Program-made: the position numbers and the translations under genes
Assembly: GCA_045862915.1 (NCBI GenBank)
Contig: BTVE01000011.1
Location: forward strand, 15,182-79,181
Length of the DNA stretch: 64,000 bases
Direction of reading: 5' to 3'
DNA from: Acidimicrobiia bacterium
GTDB taxonomy: Bacteria > Acidobacteriota > Vicinamibacteria > Vicinamibacterales > SCN-69-37
In this document: in pieces, positions 55,063 to 64,000 of the stretch
How positions within the stretch are numbered: the stretch's first letter is position 1
How the letters are laid out: every line of letters begins with the position of its first letter
The notes under the pieces: generated by a model
What the model was told of the DNA's origin: nothing
Databases searched by the model: none
What the model saw: the letters and a program-made list of their open reading frames with translations, nothing else

Positions 55063-55929
55063 TTACGTACTTTGAGCGCCCGACACGACTTCGATAATTT
55101 CGCGCGTGATCGCCGCCTGCCGAACCTTGTTCATCGTGAGGGTCAACCCCTCGATCATCTCCGCCGAATTGCGCGTGGCGGCATCCATGGCGGTCATGCG
55201 CGCTGCGTGCTCGGCCGCTGACGACTCGAGCAACGCGCGCAGCACCTGCGCCTCGACCAGTCGCGGCAGCAGTTCATCGAAGATGCGCTGCGGCGACGGT
55301 TCGTAGAGATAGTCAACACCGGTGGCGGGAGCGTCCCCCGCTTCAATCGGCTGCATCGGGAGCAGCTGCTCGACGACGAGTTTCTGTGCGATGACGGACT
55401 TGAACTCGTTGTAGACCAGGTGCACGCTGTCGACCTTGCCGGCCACAAAGTCATCAATCGCCGGCTGCGCGATGGCCTCGGCTTCGGCGAAGCTGATGAC
55501 CTTGGGCAACGAGGTGTATTCAAAACGAATCGGGAATCCCCGCCGGCCCAGGGCCTCGCGCCCCTTCTTGCCGACCAACCCGAGCACCACTTCACGTCCG
55601 GGGTTGGCCCGCAGGAACTGTCCCACCGCTTTCACGATGTTCGTGTTGAAGCTGCCGCAGAGGCCGCGGTCGCTCGTCAGCACAATCAGCATCGTGGCGC
55701 CCGTCTTGACGCCGGGCCGCTGCTGCAGCAGAGGATGCTTCGACTGATCCACACGAGCCGCGATGCTCGACAACACGTGTCGCGCCTGCGCCGCAAACGG
55801 GCGCGTGCCCACGACGCGCTCCTGCGCGCGACGCAGCTTCGACGCGGCGACCATCTTCATCGCCTTCGTGATCTGCTGCGTGTTCTTGACGGCGCGAATG
55901 CGCCGTCGCATGTCAATCAGTGACGGCAT
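55063..55929 (-). CDS. atpG: ATP synthase F1 gamma subunit
   Basis: 288 aa. Motifs: IRAVKNTQQITKAMKMVAASKLRRAQ, and a C-terminus NKVRQAAITREIIEVVSGA. Confidence 0.93.
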   Translation of the reverse strand: MPSLIDMRRRIRAVKNTQQITKAMKMVAASKLRRAQERVVGTRPFAAQARHVLSSIAARVDQSKHPLLQQRPGVKTGATMLIVLTSDRGLCGSFNTNIVKAVGQFLRANPGREVVLGLVGKKGREALGRRGFPIRFEYTSLPKVISFAEAEAIAQPAIDDFVAGKVDSVHLVYNEFKSVIAQKLVVEQLLPMQPIEAGDAPATGVDYLYEPSPQRIFDELLPRLVEAQVLRALLESSAAEHAARMTAMDAATRNSAEMIEGLTLTMNKVRQAAITREIIEVVSGAQST

Positions 55930-55932
55930 CGC

Positions 55933-57447
<1,515 letters not shown>

Positions 57448-57468
57448 CGGTCGGTCCTGCGGGTGAGA

Positions 57469-58017
57469 CTATGCCTGCGACAGCAGCTGCTGCCGCATCT
57501 TCTCGAGCTGATGGGTGAGGCTCGCGTCGAAGATGACGCTGCCAACACGGGCGACAAGGCCGCCCATGATCTCGGGGTCAACGGATTCCTTCACGCGCAC
57601 CTGGGCGCCGGACGCCTCACTGAGCGCCTTGGCCAGCGCATCGCGGCGATCGTCAGCCAATGGTGCGGCGGTCACGATCTCGGCGTCGACAATCTTTCTG
57701 TGGGCCATCAACCGCGCATCGTAGGCGGCCACGATCTCGGTCAGGATCGTGAGGCGATCCCGGTCGGCCAGCATGAGCAGCAGACGCTGCACTTCGCCGC
57801 TGATGTCTCCAGCAGCCTGAAGCACCTGTTCGACGACCGCGCGCTTGCGCGCCGCGGGGATGGCGGGGGAGGTCAGTACCTGTTCCAGCTGCGAGTGTCC
57901 CGCAACCAGATCGGCAAACGCCTTCAGGTCGCGCTCCGCGCGACTGACATCACCGGTCTTGCTGACCACTTCAAAGAGGACCGCGGCGTACCGCCGGGCG
58001 GCCGATCGTGCGCTCAT
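57469..58017 (-). CDS. atpH: ATP synthase F1 delta (OSCP) subunit
   Basis: 182 aa. Motifs: ARRYAAVLFEV and IMGGLVARVGSVIFDASL. It lies directly upstream of atpA. Confidence 0.88.
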   Translation of the reverse strand: MSARSAARRYAAVLFEVVSKTGDVSRAERDLKAFADLVAGHSQLEQVLTSPAIPAARKRAVVEQVLQAAGDISGEVQRLLLMLADRDRLTILTEIVAAYDARLMAHRKIVDAEIVTAAPLADDRRDALAKALSEASGAQVRVKESVDPEIMGGLVARVGSVIFDASLTHQLEKMRQQLLSQA

Positions 58018-58120
58018 GAGCGTTGTGAGCCCTCCGCCGGGGTCGTTACTGTCCCCGGCAAACGGACATTTATACCACGGCGTGCGTGTACACGTCGCCC
58101 CCCTCCAGGCGCGACGACGG

Positions 58121-59173
58121 TCAAATCAGTCGGACCAGCGCTCCATCGTCGGCACGGGCCTCGACGGTCCCCACCGGTGTCGCGGTCACACCCGCACTCG
58201 TGAGCGCGTCGACAAACCCGGACGCGTCCTGCGCTTTCACCGCAAACAGAAGTCCACCGGCGGTCTGAGGATCGCAGGCGACCAGGAGGTGCTCGGGGGC
58301 GACGCCCGCTTCAACGACGATGCGGTCGTAGTGCCGCTGGTTCGACCGCCCTCCACACGGCAAATTCTTTGGAGCGAGTTCCAGGGCACCGGGCAGGACT
58401 GGCAAGGCTTCAGCTGAGAACGTCAGCGTCGTGTTGCTGGCCATGGCTATTTCTGTTGCATGACCTACAAGACCAAAACCTGTGATATCCGTGCAGGCGT
58501 TTACTGATCCGCCCCAGCGTTCCCTGGCCACCGAAGACGCGTCTGCGTTCAAAGACAGCATGGAAGCCACCGCTCCGGCGAGTTGCTGTTCTGTTGAACG
58601 GCCAAATTTTGTCGCTCTGACAATGATTCCGGTCCCGAGTGGCTTGGTCAGCACGAGCACATCACCCACTTGGGCCGTGCTGTTCTTCCAGATCCGGTCC
58701 GGGTGGACTTCCCCGGTCACCGAATACCCGAACTTGATTTCCGGGTCTGTGACCGTGTGTCCGCCAAGAAGGGCGACCCTGGCCTCGCGAAGCTTGTCGC
58801 TGCCGCCGCGAAAGATGTCCCGCACCACGGCGGGATCAGGGCCATCAACTTTCGGGAGCGAGGCGATCGCCAGTGCGGTGCGGGGGATGCCGCCCATCGC
58901 GTACACATCACTCAGCGCGTTCACGGCCGCGATCTGGCCGAAGACGTACGGGTCGTCCACGATGGGCGTGAAGAAGTCGACCGTCTGCACCCACGCCAGG
59001 TCGTTCGACCACCGGTACACACCGGCATCGTCCGCAGTGTGAAAGTCGACGATGACCCGTTCATCAAGCCAAGCCGTCGGAAGGCCGTGCATGACGGCGT
59101 CGAGTTCTGCAGGCCCCAACTTGCTCGCGCAGCCGGCACACTCCGCATATTCGGTCAGTCGCTTGGAAGCCAT
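58121..59173 (-). CDS. selD: Selenide, water dikinase (Cys-type)
   Basis: 350 aa. Motifs: LTEYAECAGCASKLGP (Cys rather than Sec at the active-site position, Lys retained), DDAGVY, and a PurM-like AIR-synthase fold (GGHTV, TKPLGTG). Confidence 0.88.
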   Translation of the reverse strand: MASKRLTEYAECAGCASKLGPAELDAVMHGLPTAWLDERVIVDFHTADDAGVYRWSNDLAWVQTVDFFTPIVDDPYVFGQIAAVNALSDVYAMGGIPRTALAIASLPKVDGPDPAVVRDIFRGGSDKLREARVALLGGHTVTDPEIKFGYSVTGEVHPDRIWKNSTAQVGDVLVLTKPLGTGIIVRATKFGRSTEQQLAGAVASMLSLNADASSVARERWGGSVNACTDITGFGLVGHATEIAMASNTTLTFSAEALPVLPGALELAPKNLPCGGRSNQRHYDRIVVEAGVAPEHLLVACDPQTAGGLLFAVKAQDASGFVDALTSAGVTATPVGTVEARADDGALVRLI

Positions 59174-59180
59174 CGGTGCC

Positions 59181-60059
59181 TCACTCGCCGGTCAGCGCCT
59201 CGTAGAGGCGCTGCAACTCGTCCTCATTCGTGAAGTCAATTTCGATGCGGCCGCGTTTGCCTCTGCGGACGATGCGCACGCGTGTGCCAAGAGCAAGCTT
59301 GAGCTGATCTTCGGCAGCGCGCGTATTCGGATCAACCTTCTGAGGCTCGGCGGGCGCGGCTGGTGATTTGGCGTCAACCTCGCGCCGCACGAGCGCTTCC
59401 GTATCGCGCACGGACAAGCCACGGGCGATCACGTCGCGGCCAAGGCGCCGCTGCGTGTTCTCATCCGGGAGCGACAACAACGCGCGCGCATGGCCCATCG
59501 ACAATGCGCCTTCGTCGAGTGCGGCGCGGACTTCCGCCGGCAGGCGGAGCAGTCGCATGTAGTTGGCCACGGTCGCGCGGTCCTTGCCGACCTGCGTGGC
59601 GATGGCCTCCTGCGACATCTGCAGTTCGTCTGTCAGTCGACGATACGCCTGGGCTTCTTCGATCGGCGAGAGGTTTTCGCGCTGGATGTTTTCGATCAGC
59701 GCGACTTCAAGCAGCTTGTCGTCGGGCACCTCCCGGACGGCGACAGGCACCTTGAGCAGACCGGCGCGTTGCGATGCGCGCCAGCGACGTTCGCCGGCCA
59801 CGATCTCATAGTGGTCCTCAACGCGGCGCACCACGATTGGCTGAATGACGCCGTTGGCGCGGATCGACTGCGCCAGTTCCTCCAGGCGCGTGTCGTCCAT
59901 GTGCACGCGGGGCTGGCGAGGGTTGGGAACCAGCAGGTCGATGTCGAGTTCCTGCGTGCGCGGCCGATCGGGCGTCGCCTGGGCGGCGGGTTGTGGTGGA
60001 GGAGCCGACGGAATCAGGGCGCTGAGGCCTCGTCCAAGCGCGGGTCGTTTGGCAGCCAT
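59181..60059 (-). CDS. parB: Chromosome partitioning protein ParB/Spo0J
   Basis: 292 aa. Motifs: LGRGLSALI, NPRQPR, QPIVVR, IVAGERRWRAS (ParB box II), an HTH region, and a C-terminal dimerisation segment. Confidence 0.92.
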   Translation of the reverse strand: MAAKRPALGRGLSALIPSAPPPQPAAQATPDRPRTQELDIDLLVPNPRQPRVHMDDTRLEELAQSIRANGVIQPIVVRRVEDHYEIVAGERRWRASQRAGLLKVPVAVREVPDDKLLEVALIENIQRENLSPIEEAQAYRRLTDELQMSQEAIATQVGKDRATVANYMRLLRLPAEVRAALDEGALSMGHARALLSLPDENTQRRLGRDVIARGLSVRDTEALVRREVDAKSPAAPAEPQKVDPNTRAAEDQLKLALGTRVRIVRRGKRGRIEIDFTNEDELQRLYEALTGE

Positions 60060-60070
60060 GGTCGGTCCTC

Positions 60071-60883
60071 TCAGGAGACTGTCGCGGGCGCGGCGGTCCG
60101 GGCCGCATCGCGGGCGAGGAATTCGCGGGCGAGTGACAGGTACGCCTCTGCGCCCCGTGAACGGGGATCGTGCAGGATGACCGGCACACCAAAGCTGGGA
60201 GCTTCACCAAGGCGGATGTTTCGCGGAATCACCGTCGAGAAGACTTTGTCGCCGAAGTACTCGCGGATGTTGCTGCCCACCTGCTGGCCCAGATTTGTTC
60301 GATCGTCATACATCGTCAACAACACGCCTTCGATCGAAAGTCCCGGATTGAGCGACTCGCGTACGCGCTCAAGCGTGCTCGTGAGCTCAGCGATGCCTTC
60401 AAGCGCGAAGTACTCGCAGTTGAGGGGAATCAGTACGGTGTCAGCGGCCACGAGTGCATTGAGCGTGAGCAGCCCCAACGAGGGCGGCGAGTCGATGAAC
60501 ACAAAATCAAACTCACCGCGGAGTTGGTCGATGAACCGTTTCAGGCGTTTGTCACGGTCCGGCAGATTCACCAGTTCGATTTCGGCGCCGGTGAGGTGTC
60601 GATCTGCGGGCACAAGAAACAGGTTGTCGACAGCAGTCGGCAGGACGAAGTCTTTGGCGGTGACGGGTTCACTCGCGGTCAGCGCGTCGTAAACCGTCCC
60701 GGCATCGGCTGCCTGGTCCTTCAGTCCCACGCCAGAGGTCAGATTGGCTTGCGGATCCATGTCGATCAGCAACACGCGCTGGTCGGCGAGGGCCAGTGAC
60801 GCTGGCAGGTTGATGGCGGTCGTGGTCTTGGCGACGCCGCCTTTCTGATTGGCGACGGCGATGACCCTTGTATTTTTGGTCAT
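60071..60883 (-). CDS. parA: Chromosome partitioning ATPase ParA/Soj
   Basis: 270 aa. Motifs: the deviant Walker A VANQKGGVAKTTT, IDMDPQAN, and FIDSPPSLG. Confidence 0.92.
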   Translation of the reverse strand: MTKNTRVIAVANQKGGVAKTTTAINLPASLALADQRVLLIDMDPQANLTSGVGLKDQAADAGTVYDALTASEPVTAKDFVLPTAVDNLFLVPADRHLTGAEIELVNLPDRDKRLKRFIDQLRGEFDFVFIDSPPSLGLLTLNALVAADTVLIPLNCEYFALEGIAELTSTLERVRESLNPGLSIEGVLLTMYDDRTNLGQQVGSNIREYFGDKVFSTVIPRNIRLGEAPSFGVPVILHDPRSRGAEAYLSLAREFLARDAARTAAPATVS

Positions 60884-60916
60884 ATAGGATAAACCAACAT
60901 CACTCTGGGCTCAGTG

Positions 60917-60925
60917 ATTATAGCA
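60917..60925 (-). promoter_or_regulatory. Candidate extended -10 promoter element for parAB
   Basis: The minus strand reads TGCTATAAT (TGn + perfect TATAAT), ending ~33 nt upstream of the parA ATG. No convincing -35 is present; that position falls in the 8-mer array. Confidence 0.3.
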
Positions 60926-60932
60926 GGGGGCG

Positions 60933-61037
60933 GGGTTCCGGAGTTTCCGGCGTTCCGAGGTGCCGAGGTTTCGGAGTTCCGAAGTGCCGGAGTTCCGAGG
61001 TTCCGAAGTTCCGAGGTTCCGGGGTTCCGGGGTTCCG
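60933..61037 (+). repeat. Tandem array of 13 units of the 8-bp repeat RRGTTCCG
   Basis: Units: gggttccg gagtttccg gcgttccg aggtgccg aggtttcg gagttccg aagtgccg gagttccg aggttccg aagttccg aggttccg gggttccg gggttccg. The unit family is the same as at 15953-16008. Confidence 0.9.
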
Positions 61038-61071
61038 GGGCGAGATAGCTAGGTAACTAGGTACGGCGGGC

Positions 61072-61095
61072 GTAGGGCGGAGCTTCAGCTCCGCC
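61072..61095 (+). repeat. REP-like hairpin element
   Basis: GTAGGGCGGAGC-TTCA-GCTCCGCC with a perfect 8-bp stem. It is followed by the GATC-containing palindrome GATCTTgAAGATC (61096-61108). Confidence 0.6.
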
Positions 61096-61107
61096 GATCT
61101 TGAAGAT

Positions 61108-61123
61108 CGTTCCACGTGGAACA
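61108..61123. other. parS centromere-like site 1
   Basis: CGTTCCACGTGGAACA has 14/16 identity to the Bacillus-type parS TGTTCCACGTGAAACA. The inner 14 bp, GTTCCACGTGGAAC, are perfectly palindromic. Confidence 0.75.
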
Positions 61124-61411
61124 CCGCTCTTCACGAAAGCCGCCGGGGCGCCCCTCAGGCCTTCGGCGGCAGCCGACAGATGCGGCCTGCGGATCGTCAG
61201 GTTTCTTCGGAGTTCTCGGAACGCAGTCGATCGCAGTTGTCTGCCGAGACCACCCAGACGCGGAACGCCGGAAGGCACCATGCTTGGCTCTGAATAGCCG
61301 GATCGTTTGGTTTGAAGGAGATCCGACCTTCACCAAGCGTGTATTCGCAGAAGAGAAGGCGCAGTAGAAGCCCGCAGCCGCCATTCGCCTCTGAGCCAAC
61401 ACATGACGACA

Positions 61412-61491
61412 CGAACTTCAGGGCCCCGGGAACTTCACAACTTCGGGACCACCGAACTTCGGAACTTCTGGAACCTCGGAACTGCGGAACC
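61412..61491 (-). repeat. Degenerate tandem array (~10 units) of the same 8-bp repeat in inverted orientation (CGGAACYY)
   Basis: Units: cgaacttc agggcccc gggaactt cacaactt cgggacca ccgaactt cggaactt ctggaacc tcggaact gcggaacc. The unit boundaries are approximate. Confidence 0.6.
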
Positions 61492-61498
61492 AAACCCA

Positions 61499-61514
61499 TG
61501 TTCCACGTGGAACA
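61499..61514. other. parS centromere-like site 2
   Basis: TGTTCCACGTGGAACA is a perfect 16-bp palindrome with 15/16 identity to TGTTCCACGTGAAACA. Confidence 0.8.
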
Positions 61515-61520
61515 CGGCGT

Positions 61521-61544
61521 CGGCGGGGCTGACGCCCGCCCTAC
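61521..61544 (-). repeat. REP-like hairpin element, inverted relative to the 61072 copy
   Basis: CGGCGGGgctgacgCCCGCC-CTAC. The reverse complement begins GTAGGGCGGGCGTCAGCCCCGCC. Confidence 0.55.
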
Positions 61545-61545
61545 C

Positions 61546-61583
61546 TCGGAACCTCGGAACTTCGGAACTTCGGAACCTAGAAC
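61546..61583 (-). repeat. Tandem array (4-5 units) of the 8-bp repeat in inverted orientation
   Basis: Units: tcggaacc tcggaact tcggaact tcggaacc tagaacaa. The array runs into the rsmG stop codon (61577-61579). Confidence 0.75.
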
Positions 61584-62233
61584 AACCTCGTGCTCTTGTT
61601 CAGCACCACGAGATGGCTGCCGATCGACGGTAGCAGGACATCGGAGGAACTCGACGTGAAGGGCGGAAAGAAGTCGAGCTTCGAGGACGACTCGGCTCCA
61701 AACATCAAGAGCCGGCCCCCCGGCTTGAGGAACGCCTGGATGGCAGTCAGCAGCTTTTTGTCCGGCCGGACGGCGCGCACCGTCACGACATCACAGGACT
61801 CGTGCATGTCGGTCCGCGTCAGCAACTCTTCAAGCCGGCAGTTCTCGACCGCGCCGCGCTCAAGCGAGAGCTGCCGGAGAACCTCTCGAAGGAAGGCACA
61901 TTTGCGCACCTTCACCTCCACCATGGTGAGGCGCAGCGAGGGGCTGGCGAGCAGGAGGGGAATGGCTGGCGAGCCGCCGCCGCTGCCAACGTCCATCGCC
62001 ACCCGCTCACCAGGCTCAATCCGGCCCGCCGCGAGGACTGGCTCCACAATGAGCCGGTCCACCGCATCGTCAGACATCGGATCGAGGGGTAGGGAAGTGA
62101 GGTTGATCTTCCGGTTCCACTTCGCCAGCAACTCGACGTACGCCGCCAAGTCGGTGACAAGCTCTGGTGCCGGATCCTCCCCAGCCTTCTGAAGTCGCCG
62201 GGTAATCCGGTGGATGGTATCCCGCTCTGCCAC
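61577..62233 (-). CDS. rsmG: 16S rRNA (guanine527-N7)-methyltransferase
   Basis: Motifs: LAKWNRKINLTSL and the SAM motif DVGSGGGSPAIPL. A GTG start at 62233 gives 218 aa. The 306-aa ORF-track version extends back into mnmG and is not credible. Confidence 0.85.
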   Translation of the reverse strand: MAERDTIHRITRRLQKAGEDPAPELVTDLAAYVELLAKWNRKINLTSLPLDPMSDDAVDRLIVEPVLAAGRIEPGERVAMDVGSGGGSPAIPLLLASPSLRLTMVEVKVRKCAFLREVLRQLSLERGAVENCRLEELLTRTDMHESCDVVTVRAVRPDKKLLTAIQAFLKPGGRLLMFGAESSSKLDFFPPFTSSSSDVLLPSIGSHLVVLNKSTRLF

Positions 62234-62265
62234 ACGGACATTGTCGGCTGAAATGGCCGGAAGAG

Positions 62266-64000
62266 TTATCGACGAAGTCGTGAGGCGATGATGGCGACCG
62301 CAGCAGGCGTCACTCCGGGCACCCGTCCCGCCTGACCGAGTGTCTCCGGCCGGACCTGGGTCAGCCGTTCGACCACCTCTCGAGACAGACCAGGAACACC
62401 CAGATATGAGAACGAGACCGGAATCGGCGTGTCTTGCTGGCGCGCAAGGCGCTCCCGTTGCTGCGCCGATCGCATCAGATATCCGCGATACTTGCACTCC
62501 GCTTCAAGCGTCGCCCGGTCCACCTCACGCATGTCATCCAGTTGGAGCGCACATCCGGCCGACACGACATCGTCAACCGTGACCAGTGGACGTGCAAGAG
62601 CTTCCGCGGCGGAGGAATGGAGTCCAGCGAGATGCACCTTAGTCTGTGACAGAGTGTCACGGTTTGATTCGAGCCGGGCGCGTCGAGCCTCAAACTCGTG
62701 CCACCGCGCGTCTGACACGAGTCCGATCTCACGGCCCACGGGCGTCAGGCGCAGGTCAGCATTGTCGATGCGCAATTCAAGCCGGTTCTCTGCACGCGAC
62801 GTGAACATCCGATACGGCTCGAGGCACCCGCGTGTCACGAGATCGTCCACGAGGATCCCGACGTAACTCGCCTGACGATCAAAGACCACCGGTGCGAGGC
62901 CCTGGACGCCGCGCGCCGCATTGATGCCCGCCACAATCCCCTGCGCCGCAGCCTCCTCGTACCCGGACGTCCCGTTGATCTGCCCCGCGAGGAACAATCC
63001 CGGCACCCGTTTGGTTTCCAGTGCGCGGGACAACTCCGTCGGCTGAATGAAGTCGTACTCGACGGCGTACGCGTGCCGGAGGAGCCGCGCGTGCTCGAGA
63101 CCAGGCAACGCGTGGACCACCTGCTCCTGCACCGAGGCAGGCAGACTCATCGACAGCCCGTTCACGTAGATCTCGTCCACGTCCACACCTTCCGGCTCCA
63201 GGAAGATCTGATGCCGTTCCTTGTCGGGAAACCGCATGACCTTGTCTTCCAGTGACGGACAGTAACGGGGACCAATGCCGGTAATCCGCCCGTTGTACAG
63301 CGGAGATTGATCGATGTGCTCGCGCACCAGGCGATGCACGGCATCACCGGTATGGACGATGTGGCAGTCGATCTGTGGAGCCGTAATCGCACGCGTGAGA
63401 TAGGAAAACGGCACAGGCGGAGAGTCGCCACGATCGACCACAAACTTTGAGAAGTCGATCGAATTCCGATCCAGGCGAGGCGGGGTGCCGGTCTTGAGAC
63501 GCCCCATCTCGAACCCGAAACCACGGAGCGACTCGGCGAGGTTGGTGGTCGGAGGCTCGTCGGCACGTCCTGCGGGGCGATGCACATCACCAATGTGCAC
63601 GACGCCATTCAGAAAGGTGCCGGTTGTGACGATCAGCGCGCGACACAACGCCACCGCGCCGTTCTCGAAGGCCAGTCCACTGACGCGCCCCGACTCCGTG
63701 ACCACGGCACCGGCGCGCTCGAAGATCCAGGTGATGTTCGGCGTCGCCTCCAGCGTGCGCCGCACCCAGGTGCTATAACGTCGCTTGTCGGCCTGCGCGC
63801 GAGGCGACCACACCGCCGGCCCGCGGCTGCGATTGAGCAGCTTGAACTGGATGCCCGTCGCGTCAATGGCCAGCCCCATCAAGCCGCCCAACGCATCAAT
63901 CTCGCGCACCAGGTGACCCTTCGCCGTTCCGCCGATCGCCGGATTACACGGCATCAGCGCGACGGTGTCCGCCGACAGCGTACACAGACCCACACGACAG
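62266..64000 (-). CDS. mnmG: tRNA uridine-5-carboxymethylaminomethyl modification enzyme (5' end outside the window)
   Basis: The frame stays open to the window edge. Motifs: [54 protein letters not shown], and the C-terminal GVTPAAVAI. Confidence 0.93.
   Translation of the reverse strand, partial: CRVGLCTLSADTVALMPCNPAIGGTAKGHLVREIDALGGLMGLAIDATGIQFKLLNRSRGPAVWSPRAQADKRRYSTWVRRTLEATPNITWIFERAGAVVTESGRVSGLAFENGAVALCRALIVTTGTFLNGVVHIGDVHRPAGRADEPPTTNLAESLRGFGFEMGRLKTGTPPRLDRNSIDFSKFVVDRGDSPPVPFSYLTRAITAPQIDCHIVHTGDAVHRLVREHIDQSPLYNGRITGIGPRYCPSLEDKVMRFPDKERHQIFLEPEGVDVDEIYVNGLSMSLPASVQEQVVHALPGLEHARLLRHAYAVEYDFIQPTELSRALETKRVPGLFLAGQINGTSGYEEAAAQGIVAGINAARGVQGLAPVVFDRQASYVGILVDDLVTRGCLEPYRMFTSRAENRLELRIDNADLRLTPVGREIGLVSDARWHEFEARRARLESNRDTLSQTKVHLAGLHSSAAEALARPLVTVDDVVSAGCALQLDDMREVDRATLEAECKYRGYLMRSAQQRERLARQQDTPIPVSFSYLGVPGLSREVVERLTQVRPETLGQAGRVPGVTPAAVAIIASRLRR

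Noticed and set aside
59490-60692. 400-aa plus-strand ORF
   Set aside because: It is antisense to parB and parA.
60868-61056. 62-aa ORF translating the 8-mer array (…GVPRCRGFGVPKCRSSEVPKFRGSGVPGFRG…), and the similar 74-aa ORF at 15870-16094
   Set aside because: The periodic peptide is a by-product of an 8-bp DNA repeat, which is not a multiple of 3. The same array gives repetitive peptides in all frames.
61057-61402. Several 65-105-aa ORFs on both strands in the spacer between the two parS sites
   Set aside because: They are mutually overlapping, lack SD sequences, and have unnatural compositions. They also run through the REP hairpin and the parS palindrome. I treat the spacer as non-coding.
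60884-61576. oriC within the parA-rsmG gap
   Set aside because: I found no cluster of TTATCCACA-like DnaA boxes and no AT-rich unwinding element. The TTCCAC cores belong to the 16-bp parS palindromes. The origin is more likely outside the window.
60933-61583. Possible CRISPR array
   Set aside because: The repeat unit is only 8 bp and strictly tandem, with no spacers, and there are no cas genes in the window.
62234-62497. N-terminal extension of the rsmG ORF (306-aa version)
   Set aside because: It overlaps the 3' end of mnmG in another frame and contains no RsmG-like sequence. The GTG at 62233 gives the expected ~218-aa protein.

Overview
High-GC (roughly two-thirds G+C by eye) bacterial chromosomal segment. 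It is densely coding, and nearly every real gene carries a long spurious ORF on the opposite strand. I cannot assign a taxon without a database search. The gene set (tricorn-like protease, NrfHA, many SpoIIE/PP2C phosphatases, sigma54 activator) would fit Acidobacteriota- or Gemmatimonadota-like soil bacteria, but that is a guess.

I support about 55 CDS and 2 tRNA-Ser genes. They include:
- Translation and RNA modification: serS (5' truncated), gltX, dusB, rsmG, mnmG (5' truncated).
- Respiration and energy: nrfHA (ammonifying nitrite reductase), an orphan NuoG-like Fe-S protein, and the ATP synthase F1 cluster atpHAGDC.
- Proteases: tricorn-like S41, M13 and M1.
- Envelope and polysaccharide: two CNNM/CBS proteins, mscL, a GT2 plus large polytopic membrane proteins, the rfaE domain II adenylyltransferase, and the Wzm/Wzt ABC exporter.
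- Other housekeeping: two PLP aminotransferases, fabZ, a serA-like dehydrogenase, mfd, selD, and parAB.

Most interesting observations:
1. Two near-consensus parS palindromes lie in a 690-bp gap between parA and rsmG. They sit inside a mirror-symmetric scaffold of 8-bp RRGTTCCG tandem arrays and REP-like hairpins. A further copy of the 8-mer array lies 45 kb away, in front of mscL.
2. A compact signalling island at 37.3-42.1 kb holds a hybrid histidine kinase without HPt, an ~80-aa DHp-only H-box protein, an excisionase-type HTH, and an NtrC-type sigma54 activator with a coupled small basic protein. It also holds a FliA-family sigma gene preceded by a TGGCAT-N5-TTGC sigma54-type promoter and phased upstream repeats.
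3. A two-gene plus-strand islet at 49.1-50.2 kb is wedged between minus-strand LPS genes. It encodes an RHH-domain protein translationally coupled to a minimal nucleotidyltransferase-fold protein, preceded by a perfect 10-bp inverted-repeat operator. This is a toxin-antitoxin or defence-like module of unclear type.

All functional calls come from motif recognition by eye. No searches were run.
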